Shown: positions 42,733 through 55,500 of the stretch, piece by piece
Layout of the letters: each line of letters begins with the position of its first letter
Position numbering within the stretch: the first letter of the stretch is position 1
NCBI GenBank assembly: GCA_964057225.1
Contig: OZ059897.1
Location: 21,576,001-21,640,000, forward strand
DNA from: Auanema rhodensis
Taxonomy: Eukaryota > Animalia > Nematoda
Length of the DNA: 64,000 nucleotides
Reading direction: 5' to 3'
The notes under the pieces: model-generated
The model's input: only the letters and a program-made list of their open reading frames with translations
Database searches by the model: none
What the model was told of the DNA's origin: nothing
Program-made: the position numbers and the translations under genes

Positions 42733-44844
42733 AAAATTAGATTCCCCATGTCCATATTAGTCTAAAAACAAATTTTTATTGATATTGGTGCATGGTAACC
42801 ATGACTTTGAAATTTACGTGAACTTTAATTTATGCTAATTAAATGTACACGTGATGTGCACTTGGTATGTAACTCGCTTCACGTGAAAGATAAAGAGATG
42901 CGGTTTTCAAAATTAGATTCCCCATGTCCATATTAGTCTAAAAACAAATTTTTATTGATATTGGTTCATGGTAACCATGACTTTGAAATTTACGTGAACT
43001 TTAATTTATGCTAATTGAATTTACACGTGATGTGCACTTGGTATGTAACTCGCTTCACGTGAAAGATAAAAAGATGTGGTTTTCAAAATTAGATTCCCCA
43101 TGTCCATATTAGTCTAAAAACTAATTTTTATTGATATTGGTTCATGGTAACCATGACTTTGAAATTTACGTGAACTTTAATTTATGCTAATTAAATGTAC
43201 ACGTGATGTGCACTTGGTATGTAACTCGCTTCACGTGAAAGATGAAGAGATGCGGTTTTCAAAATTAGATTCCCCATGTCCATATTAGTCTAAAAACAAA
43301 TTTTTATTGATATTGGTTCATGGTAACCATGACTTTGAAATTTACGTGAACTTTAATTTATGCTAATTAAATGTACACGTGATGTGCACTTGGTATGTAA
43401 CTCGCTCCACGTGAAAGATAAAGAGATGCGGTTTTCAAAATTAGATTCCCCATGTCCATATTAGTCTAAAAACAAATTTTTATTGATATTGGTGCATGGT
43501 AACCATGACTTTGAAATTTACGTGAACTTTAATTTATGCTAATTAAATGTACACGTGATGTGCACTTGGTATGTAACTCGCTTCACGTGAAAGATAAAGA
43601 GATGCGGTTTTCAAAATTAGATTAACCATGTCCATATTAGTCTAAAACCAAATTTTTATTGATATTGGTTCATGGTAACCATGACTTTGAAATTTACGTG
43701 AACTTTAATTTATGCTAATTAAATGTACACGTGATGTGCACTTGGTATGTAACTCGCTTCACGTGAAAGATGAAGAGATGCGGTTTTCAAAATTAGATTC
43801 CCCATGTCCATATTAGTCTAAAAACAAATTTTTATTGATATTGGTTCATGGTAACCATGACTTTGAAATTTACGTGAACTTTAATTTATGCTAATTAAAT
43901 GTACACGTGATGTGCACTTGGTATGTAACTCGCTCCACGTGAAAGATAAAGAGATGCGGTTTTCAAAATTAGATTCCCCATGTCCATATTAGTCTAAAAA
44001 CAAATTTTTATTGATATTGGTTCATGGTAACCATGACTTTGAAATTTACGTGAACTTTAATTTATGCTAATTAAATGTACACGTGATGTGCACTTGGTAT
44101 GTAACTCGTTTCACGTGAAAGATAAAGAGATGCGGTTTTTAAAATTAGATTCCCCATGTCCATATTAGTCTAAAAACAAATTTTTATTGATATTGGTGCA
44201 TGGTAACCATGACTTTGAAATTTACGTGAACTTTAATTTATGCTAATTAAATGTACACGTGATGTGCACTTGGTATGTAACTCGCTTCACGTGAAAGATA
44301 AAGAGATGCGGTTTTCAAAATTAGATTCCCCATGTCCATATTAGTCTAAAAACAAATTTTTATTGATATTGGTTCATGGTAACCATGACTTTGAAATTTA
44401 CGTGAACTTTAATTTATGCTAATTGAATTTACACGTGATGTGCACTTGGTATGTAACTCGCTTCACGTGAAAGATAAAGAGATGCGGTTTTCAAAATTAG
44501 ATTCCCCATGTCCATATTAGTCTAAAAACAAATTTTTATTGATATTGGTTCATGGTAACCATGACTTTGAATATTACGTGAACTTTAATTTATGCTAATT
44601 GAATGTACACGTGATGTGCACTTGGTATGTAACTCGCTTCACGTGAAAGATGAAGAGATGCGGTTTTCAAAATTAGATTCCCCATGTCCATATTAGTCTA
44701 AAAACAAATTTTTATTGATATTGGTTCATGGTAACCATGACTTTGAAATTTACGTGAACTTTAATTTATGCTAATTAAATGTACACGTGATGTGCACTTG
44801 GTATGTAACTCGCTTCACGTGAAAGATAAAGAGATGCGGTTTTC

Positions 44845-47836
44845 AAAATTAGATTCCCCATGTCCATATTAGTCTCAAAACAAATTTTTATTGATATTGG
44901 TGCATGGTAACCATGACTTTGAAATTTACGTGAACTTTAATTTATGCTAATTAAATGTACACGTGATGTGCACTTGGTATGTAACTCGCTTCACGTGAAA
45001 GATAAAGAGATGCGGTTTTCAAAATTAGATTCCCCATGTCCATATTAGTCTAAAAACACATTTTTATTGATATTGGTTCATGGTAACCATGACTTTGAAA
45101 TTTACGTGAACTTAAATTTATGCTAATTAAATGTACACGTGATGTGCACTTGGTATGTAACTTGCTTCACGTGAAAGATAAAGAGATGCGGTTTTCAAAA
45201 TTAGATTCCCCATCTCCATATTAGTCTAAAAATAAATTTTTATTGATATTGGTGCATGGTAACCATGACTTTGAAATTTACGTGAACTTTAATTTATGCT
45301 AATTAAATGTACACGTGATGTGCGCTTGGTATGTAACTTGCTTCACGTGAAAGATAAAGAGATGCGGTTTTCAAAATTAGATTCCCCATGTACATATTAG
45401 TCTAAAAACACATTTTTATTGATATTGGTTCATGGTAACCATGACTTTGAAATTTACGTGAACTTAAATTTATGCTAATTAAATGTACACGTGATGTGCA
45501 CTTGGTATGTAACTTGCTTCACGTGAAAGATAAAGAGATGCGGTTTTCAAAATTAGATTCCCCATGTCCATATTAGTCTAAAAACAAATTTTTATTGATA
45601 TTGGTTCATGGTAACCATGACTTTGAAATTCACGTGAACTTTAATTTATGCTAATTAAATGTACACGTGATGTGCACTTGGTATGTAACTCGCTTCACGT
45701 GAAAGATAAAGAGATGCGGTTTTTAAAATTAGATTCCCCATGTCCATATTAGTCTAAAAACAAATTTTTATTGATGTTGGTGCATGGTAACCATGACTTT
45801 GAAATTTACGTGAACTTTAATTTATGCTAATTAAATGTACACGTGATGTTCACTTGGTATGTAACTCGCTTCACGTGAAAGATAAAGAGATGCGGTTTTC
45901 AAAATTAGATTCCCCATGTCCATATTAGTCTAAAAACAAATTTTTATTGATGTTGGTGCATGGTAACCATGACTTTGAAATTTACGTGAACTTTAATTTA
46001 TGCTAATTAAATGTACACGTGATGTGCACTTGGTATGTAACTCGCTTCACGTGAAAGATAAAGAGATGCGGTTTTTAAAATTAGATTCCCCATGTCCATA
46101 TTAGTCTAAAAACAAATTTTTATTGATGTTGGTGCATGGTAACCATGACTTTGAAATTTACGTGAACTTAAATTTATGCTAATTAAATGTACACGTGATG
46201 TGCACTTGGTATGTAACTTGCTTCACGTGAAAGATAAAGAGATGCGGTTTTCAAAATTAGATTCCCCATGTCCATATTAGTCTAAAAACAAATTTTTATT
46301 GATATTGGTGCATGGTAACCATGACTTTGAAATTTACGTGAACTTTAATTTATGCTAATTAAATGTACACGTGATGTGCACTTGGTATGTAACTCGCTTC
46401 ACGTGAAAGATAAAGAGATGCGGTTTTCAAAATTAGATTCCCCATGTCCATATTAGTCTAAAAACACATTTTTATTGATATTGGTTCATGGTAACCATGA
46501 CTTTGAAATTTACGTGAACTTAAATTTATGCTAATTAAATGTACACGTGATGTGCACTTGGTATGTAACTTGCTTCACGTGAAAGATAAAGAGATGCGGT
46601 TTTCAAAATTAGATTCCCCATGTCCATATTAGTCTAAAAACAAATTTTTATTGATATTGGTGCATGGTAACCATGACTTTGAAATTTACGTGAACTTTAA
46701 TTTATGCTAATTAAATGTACACGTGATGTGCACTTGGTATGTAACTCGCTTCACGTGAAAGATAAAGAGATGCGGTTTTCAAAATTAGATTCCCCATCTC
46801 CATATTAGTCTAAAAACAAATTTTTATTGATATTGGTGCATGGTAACCATGACTTTGAAATTTACGTGAACTTTAATTTATGCTAATTAAATGTACACGT
46901 GATGTTCACTTGGTATGTAACTCGCTTCACGTGAAAGATAAAAAGATGCGGTTTTCAAAATTAGATTCCCCATGTCCATATTAGTCTAAAAACAAATTTT
47001 TATTGATATTGGTGCATGGTAACCATGACTTTGAAATTTACGTGAACTTAAATTTATGCTAATTAAATGTACACGTGATGTGCACTTGGTATGTAACTTG
47101 CTTCACGTGAAAGATGAAGAGATGCGGTTTTCAAAATTAGATTCCCCATGTCCATATTAGTCTAAAAACAAATTTTTATTGATATTGGTGCATGGTAACC
47201 ATGACTTTGAAATTTACGTGAACTTTAATTTATGCTAATTAAATGTACACGTGATGTGCACTTGGTATGTAACTCGCTTCACGTGAAAGATGAAGAGATG
47301 CGGTTTTCAAAATTAGATTCCCCATGTCCATATTAGTCTAAAAACAAATTTTTATTGATATTGGTGCATGGTAACCATGACTTTGAAATTTACGTGAACT
47401 TTAATTTATGCTAATTAAATGTACACGTGATGTGCACTTGGTATATAACTCGCTTCACGTGAAAGATAAAGAGATGCGGTTTTCAAAATTAGATTCCCCA
47501 TGTCCATATTAGTCTAAAAACAAATTTTTATTGATATTGGTGCATGGTAACCATGACTTTGAAATTTACGTGAACTTTAATTTATGCTAATTAAATGTAC
47601 ACGTGATGTGCACTTGGTATATAACTCGCTTCACGTGAAAGATAAAGAGATGCGGTTTTCAAAATTAGATTCTCCATGTCCATATTAGTCTAAACACAAA
47701 TTTTTATCGATATTGGTGCATGGTAACCATGACTTTGAAATTCACGTGAACTTTAATTTATGCTAATTAAATGTACACGTGATGTGCACTTGGTATGTAA
47801 CTCGCTTCACGTGAAAGATAAAGAGATGCGGTTTTC
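44845..47836 (+). repeat. Island of about 17 more divergent satellite monomers with private variants
   Basis: Variants such as AAACACAT, GATGTTGG, GATGTTCAC, GTATATAAC, AATTCACGTG, TGCGCTT, TCTCAAAA and TTCTCC were seen only here. Confidence 0.85.
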
Positions 47837-48540
47837 AAAATTAGATTCCCCATGTCCATATTAGTCTAAAAACAAATTTTTATTGATATTGGTTCATGGT
47901 AACCATGACTTTGAAATTTACGTGAACTTTAATTTATGCTAATTAAATGTACACGTGATGTGCACTTGGTATGTAACTCGCTTCACGTGAAAGATAAAGA
48001 GATGCGGTTTTTAAAATTAGATTCCCCATGTCCATATTAGTTTAAAAACAAATTTTTATTGATATTGGTTCATGGTAACCATGACTTTGAAATTTACGTG
48101 AACTTTAATTTATGCTAATTAAATGTACACGTGATGTGCACTTGGTATGTAACTCGCTTCACGTGAAAGATAAAGAGATGCGGTTTTTAAAATTAGATTC
48201 CCCATGTCCATATTAGTCTAAAAACAAATTTTTATTGATATTGGTGCATGGTAACCATGACTTTGAAATTTACGTGAACTTTAATTTATGCTAATTAAAT
48301 GTACACGTGATGTGCACTTGGTATGTAACTCGCTTCACGTAAAAGATGAAGAGATGCGGTTTTCAAAATTAGATTCCCCATGTCCATATTAGTCTAAAAA
48401 CAAATTTGTATTGATATTGGTGCATGGTAACCATGACTTTGAAATTTACGTGAACTTTAATTTATGCTAATTAAATGTACACGTGATGTGCACTTGGTAT
48501 GTAACTCGCTTCACGTGAAAGATAAAGAGATGCGGTTTTC

Positions 48541-48684
48541 AAAATTAGATTCCCCATGTCCATATTAGTTTAAAAACAAATTTTTATTGATATTGGTTCA
48601 TGGTAACCATGACTTTGAAATTTACGTGAACTTTAATTTATGCTAATTAAATGTACACGTGAAAGATAAAGAGATGCGGTTTTC
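48541..48684 (+). repeat. 144-bp truncated monomer (identical 32-bp deletion)
   Basis: Reads ATGTACACGT|GAAAGATAAA at 48651-48670; the next monomer starts at 48685. Confidence 0.97.
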
Positions 48685-50796
48685 AAAATTAGATTCCCCA
48701 TGTCCATATTAGTCTAAAAACAAATTTTTATTGATATTGGTGCATGGTAACCATGACTTTGAAATTTACGTGAACTTTAATTTATGCTAATTAAATGTAC
48801 ACGTGATGTGCACTTGGTATGGAACTCGCTTCACGTAAAAGATAAAGAGATGCGGTTTTCAAAAATAGATTCCCCATGTCCATATTAGTCTAAAAACAAA
48901 TTTTTATTGATATTGGTTCATGGTAACCATGACTTTGAAATTTACGTGAACTTTAATTTATGCTAATTAAATGTACACGTGATGTGCACTTGGTATGTAA
49001 CTCGCTTCACGTGAAAGATGAAGAGATGCGGTTTTCAAAATTAGATTCCCCATGTCCATATTAGTCTAAAAACAAATTTTTATTGATATTGGTGCATGGT
49101 AACCATGACTTTGAAATTTACGTGAACTTTAATTTATGCTAATTAAATGTACACGTGATGTGCACTTGGTATGTAACTCGCTTCACGTGAAAGATAAAGA
49201 GATGCGGTTTTCAAAATTAGATTCCCCATGTCCATATTAGTCTAAAAACAAATTTTTATCGATATTGGTTCATGGTAACCATGACTTTGAAATTTACGTG
49301 AACTTTAATTTATGCTAATTAAATGTACACGTGATGTGCACTTGGTATGTAACTCGCTTCACGTGAAAGATAAAGAGATACGGTTTTCAAAATTAGATTC
49401 CCCATGTCCATATTAGTCTAAAAGCAAATTTTTATCGATATTGGTGCATGGTAACCATGACTTTGAAATTTACGTGAACTTTAATTTATGCTAATTAAAT
49501 GTACACGTGATGTGCACTTGGTATGTAACTCGCTTCACGTGAAAGATAAAGAGATGCGGTTTTCAAAATTAGATTCCCCATGTCCATATTAGTCTAAAAA
49601 CAAATTTTTATTGATATTGGTTCATGGTAACCATGACTTTGAAATTTACGTGAACTTTAATTTATGCTAATTAAATGTACACGTGATGTGCACTTGGTAT
49701 GTAACTCGCTTCACGTGAAAGATAAAGAGATGCGGTTTTCAAAATTAGATTCCCCATGTCCATATTAGTCTAAAAACAAATTTTTATCGATATTGGTTCA
49801 TGGTAACCATGACTTTGAAATTTACGTGAACTTTAATTTATGCTAATTAAATGTACACGTGATGTGCACTTGGTATGTAACTCGCTTCACGTGAAAGATA
49901 AAGAGATGCGGTTTTCAAAATTAGATTCCCCATGTCCATATTAGTCTAAAAACAAATTTTTATCGATATTGGTTCATGGTAACCATGACTTTGAAATTTA
50001 CGTGAACTTTAATTTATGCTAATTAAATGTACACGTGATGTGCACTTGGTATGTAACTCGCTTCACGTGAAAGATAAAGAGATGCGGTTTTCAAAATTAG
50101 ATTCCCCATGTCCATATTAGTCTAAAAGCAAATTTTTATTGATATTGGTGCATGGTAACCATGACTTTGAAATTTACGTGAACTTTAATTTATGCTAATT
50201 AAATGTACACGTGATGTGCACTTGGTATGTAACTCGCTTCACGTGAAAGATAAAGAGATGCGGTTTTCAAAATTAGATTCCCCATGTCCATATTAGTCTA
50301 AAAACAAATTTTTATTGATATTGGTTCATGGTAACCATGACTTTGAAATTTACGTGAACTTTAATTTATGCTAATTAAATGTACACGTGATGTGCACTTG
50401 GTATGTAACTCGCTTCACGTGAAAGATGAAGAGATGCGGTTTTCAAAATTAGATTCCCCATGTCCATATTAGTCTAAAAACAAATTTTTATTGATATTGG
50501 TTCATGGTAACCATGACTTTGAAATTTACGTGAACTTTAATTTATGCTAATTAAATGTACACGTGATGTGCACTTGGTATGTAACTCGCTTCACGTGAAA
50601 GATAAAGAGATGCGGTTTTCAAAATTAGATTCCCCATGTCCATATTAGTTTAAAAACAAATTTTTATTGATATTGGTTCATGGTAACCATGACTTTGAAA
50701 TTTACGTGAACTTTAATTTATGCTAATTAAATGTACACGTGATGTGCACTTGGTATGTAACTCGCTTCACGTGAAAGATAAAGAGATTCGGTTTTC

Positions 50797-52556
50797 AAAA
50801 TTAGATTCCCCATGTCCATATTAGTCTAAAAACAAATTTTTATTGATATTGGTGCATGGTAACCATGACTTTGAAATTTACGTGAACTTAAATTTATGCT
50901 AATTAAATGTACACGTGATGTGCACTTGGTATGTAACTCGCTTCACGTGAAAGATGAAGAGATGCGGTTTTCAAAATTAGATTCCCCATGTCCATATTAG
51001 TCTAAAAACAAATTTTTATTGATATTGGTTCATGGTAACCATGACTTTGAAATTTACGTGAACTTTAATTTATGCTAATTAAATGTACACGTGATGTGCA
51101 CTTGGTATGTAACTCGCTTCACGTGAAAGATAAAGAGATGCGGTTTTCAAAATTAGATTCCCCATGTCCATATTAGTTTAAAAACAAATTTTTATTGATA
51201 TTGGTTCATGGTAACCATGACTTTGAAATTTACGTGAACTTTAATTTATGCTAATTAAATGTACACGTGATGTGCACTTGGTATGTAACTCGCTTCACGT
51301 GAAAGATAAAGAGATGCGGTTTTTAAAATTAGATTCCCCATGTCCATATTAGTCTAAAAACAAATTTTTATTGATATTGGTGCATGGTAACCATGACTTT
51401 GAAATTTACGTGAACTTTAATTTATGCTAATTAAATGTACACGTGATGTGCACTTGGTATGTAACTCGCTTCACGTGAAAGATAAAGAGATGCGGTTTTC
51501 AAAATTATATTCCCCATGTCCATATTAGTCTAAAAACAAATTTTTATTGATATTGGTGCATGGTAACCATGACTTTGAAATTTACGTGAACTTTAATTTG
51601 TGCTAATTAAATGTACACGTGATGTGCACTTGGTATGTAACTCGCTTCACGTGAAAGATAAAGAGATTCGGTTTTCAAAATTAGATTCCCCATGTCCATA
51701 TTAGTCTAAAAACAAATTTTTATTGATATTGGTGCATGGTAACCATGACTTTGAAATTTACGTGAACTTAAATTTATGCTAATTAAATGTACACGTGATG
51801 TGCACTTGGTATGTAACTCGCTTCACGTGAAAGATGAAGAGATGCGGTTTTCAAAATTAGATTCCCCATGTCCATATTAGTCTAAAAACAAATTTTTATT
51901 GATATTGGTTCATGGTAACCATGACTTTGAAATTTACGTGAACTTTAATTTATGCTAATTAAATGTACACGTGATGTGCACTTGGTATGTAACTCGCTTC
52001 ACGTGAAAGATAAAGAGATGCGGTTTTCAAAATTAGATTCCCCATGTCCATATTAGTTTAAAAACAAATTTTTATTGATATTGGTTCATGGTAACCATGA
52101 CTTTGAAATTTACGTGAACTTTAATTTATGCTAATTAAATGTACACGTGATGTGCACTTGGTATGTAACTCGCTTCACGTGAAAGATAAAGAGATGCGGT
52201 TTTTAAAATTAGATTCCCCATGTCCATATTAGTCTAAAAACAAATTTTTATTGATATTGGTGCATGGTAACCATGACTTTGAAATTTACGTGAACTTTAA
52301 TTTATGCTAATTAAATGTACACGTGATGTGCACTTGGTATGTAACTCGCTTCACGTGAAAGATAAAGAGATGCGGTTTTCAAAATTATATTCCCCATGTC
52401 CATATTAGTCTAAAAACAAATTTTTATTGATATTGGTGCATGGTAACCATGACTTTGAAATTTACGTGAACTTTAATTTGTGCTAATTAAATGTACACGT
52501 GATGTGCACTTGGTATGTAACTCGCTTCACGTGAAAGATAAAGAGATTCGGTTTTC
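50797..52556 (+). repeat. Tandem duplication of a 5-monomer unit (880 bp x2)
   Basis: The series CTTAAA+GATGAAG / T58 / AGTTTAAA+TTTTTAAAA / G58 / TTATATT+TTGTG+GATTCGG occurs twice; it is single-copy in the homologous stretch at 15981-16860. Confidence 0.85.
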
Positions 52557-55500
52557 AAAATTAGATTCCCCATGTCCATATTAGTCTAAAAACAAATTTT
52601 TATTGATATTGGTGCATGGTAACCATGACTTTGAAATTTACGTGGACTTAAATTTATGCTAATTAAATGTACACGTGATGTGCACTTGGTATGTAACTCG
52701 CTTCACGTGAAAGATAAAGAGATGCGGTTTTCAAAATTAGATTCCCCATGTCCATATTAGTCTAAAAACAAATTTTTATCGATATTGGTTCATGGTAACC
52801 ATGACTTTGAAATTTACGTGAACTTTAATTTATGCTAATTAAATGTACACGTGATGTGCACTTGGTATGTAACTCGCTTCACGTGAAAGATAAAGAGATG
52901 CGGTTTTCAAAATTAGATTCCCCATGTCCATATTAGTCTAAAAACAAATTTTTATCGATATTGGTTCATGGTAACCATGACTTTGAAATTTACGTGAACT
53001 TTAATTTATGCTAATTAAATGTACACGTGATGTGCACTTGGTATCTAACTCGCTTCACGTGAAAGATAAAGAGATGCGGTTTTCAAAATTATATTCCCCA
53101 TGTCCATATTAGTCTAAAAACAAATTTTTATTGATATTGGTGCATGGTAACCATGACTTTGAAATTTACGTGAACTTTAATTTGTGCTAATTAAATGTAC
53201 ACGTGATGTGCACTTGGTATGTAACTCGCTTCACGTGAAAGATAAAGAGATGCGGTTTTCAAAATTAGATTCCCCATGTCCATATTAGTCTAAAAACAAA
53301 TTTTTATTGATATTGGTGCATGGTAACCATGACTTTGAAATTTACGTGAACTTTAATTTATGCTAATTAAATGTACACGTGATGTGCACTTGGTATGTAA
53401 CTCGCTTCACGTGAAAGATAAAGAGATGCGGTTTTCAAAATTAGATTCCCCATGTCCATATTAGTCTAAAAACAAATTTTTATCGATATTGGTTCATGGT
53501 AACCATGACTTTGAAATTTACGTGAACTTTAATTTATGCTAATTAAATGTACACGTGATGTGCACTTGGTATCTAACTCGCTTCACGTGAAAGATAAAGA
53601 GATGCGGTTTTCAAAATTATATTCCCCATGTCCATGTTAGTCTAAAAACAAATTTTTATTGATATTGGTGCATGGTAACCATGACTTTGAAATTTACGTG
53701 AACTTTAATTTGTGCTAATTAAATGTACACGTGATGTGCACTTGGTATGTAACTCGCTTCACGTGAAAGATAAAGAGATGCGGTTTTCAAAATTAGATTC
53801 CCCATGTCCATATTAGTCTAAAAACAAATTTTTATTGATATTGGTGCATGGTAACCATGACTTTGAAATTTACGTGAACTTTAATTTATGCTAATTAAAT
53901 GTACACGTGATGTGCACTTGGTATGTAACTCGCTTCACGTGAAAGATAAAGAGATGCGGTTTTCAAAATTAGATTCCCCATGTCCATATTAGTCTAAAAA
54001 CAAATTTTTATTGATATTGGTTCATGGTAACCATGACTTTGAAATTTACGTGAACTTTAATTTATGCTAATTGAATTTACACGTGATGTGCACTTGGTAT
54101 GTAACTCGCTTCACGTGAAAGATAAAAAGATGTGGTTTTCAAAATTAGATTCCCCATGTCCATATTAGTCTAAAAACTAATTTTTATTGATATTGGTTCA
54201 TGGTAACCATGACTTTGAAATTTACGTGAACTTTAATTTATGCTAATTAAATGTACACGTGATGTGCACTTGGTATGTAACTCGCTTCACGTGAAAGATA
54301 AAGAGATGCGGTTTTCAAAATTAGATTCCCCATGTCCATATTAGTCTAAAAACAAATTTTTATTGATATTGGTGCATGGTAACCATGACTTTGAAATTTA
54401 CGTGAACTTTAATTTATGCTAATTAAATGTACACGTGATGTGCACTTGGTATGTAACTCGCTTCACGTGAAAGATAAAGAGATGCGGTTTTCAAAATTAG
54501 ATTCCCCATGTCCATATTAGTCTAAAACCAAATTTTTATTGATATTGGTTCATGGTAACCATGACTTTGAAATTTACGTGAACTTTAATTTATGCTAATT
54601 AAATGTACACGTGATGTGCACTTGGTATGTAACTCGCTTCACGTGAAAGATGAAGAGATGCGGTTTTCAAAATTAGATTCCCCATGTCCATATTAGTCTA
54701 AAAACAAATTTTTATTGATATTGGTTCATGGTAACCATGACTTTGAAATTTACGTGAACTTTAATTTATGCTAATTGAATTTACACGTGATGTGCACTTG
54801 GTATGTAACTCGCTTCACGTGAAAGATAAAAAGATGTGGTTTTCAAAATTAGATTCCCCATGTCCATATTAGTCTAAAAACTAATTTTTATTGATATTGG
54901 TTCATGGTAACCATGACTTTGAAATTTACGTGAACTTTAATTTATGCTAATTAAATGTACACGTGATGTGCACTTGGTATGTAACTCGCTTCACGTGAAA
55001 GATAAAGAGATGCGGTTTTCAAAATTAGATTCCCCATGTCCATATTAGTCTAAAACCAAATTTTTATTGATATTGGTTCATGGTAACCATGACTTTGAAA
55101 TTTACGTGAACTTTAATTTATGCTAATTAAATGTACACGTGATGTGCACTTGGTATGTAACTCGCTTCACGTGAAAGATAAAAAGATGTGGTTTTCAAAA
55201 TTAGATTCCCCATGTCCATATTAGTCTAAAAACTAATTTTTATTGATATTGGTTCATGGTAACCATGACTTTGAAATTTACGTGAACTTTAATTTATGCT
55301 AATTAAATGTACACGTGATGTGCACTTGGTATGTAACTCGCTTCACGTGAAAGATAAAGAGATGCGGTTTTCAAAATTAGATTCCCCATGTCCATATTAG
55401 TCTAAAAACAAATTTTTATTGATATTGGTGCATGGTAACCATGACTTTGAAATTTACGTGAACTTTAATTTATGCTAATTAAATGTACACGTGATGTGCA

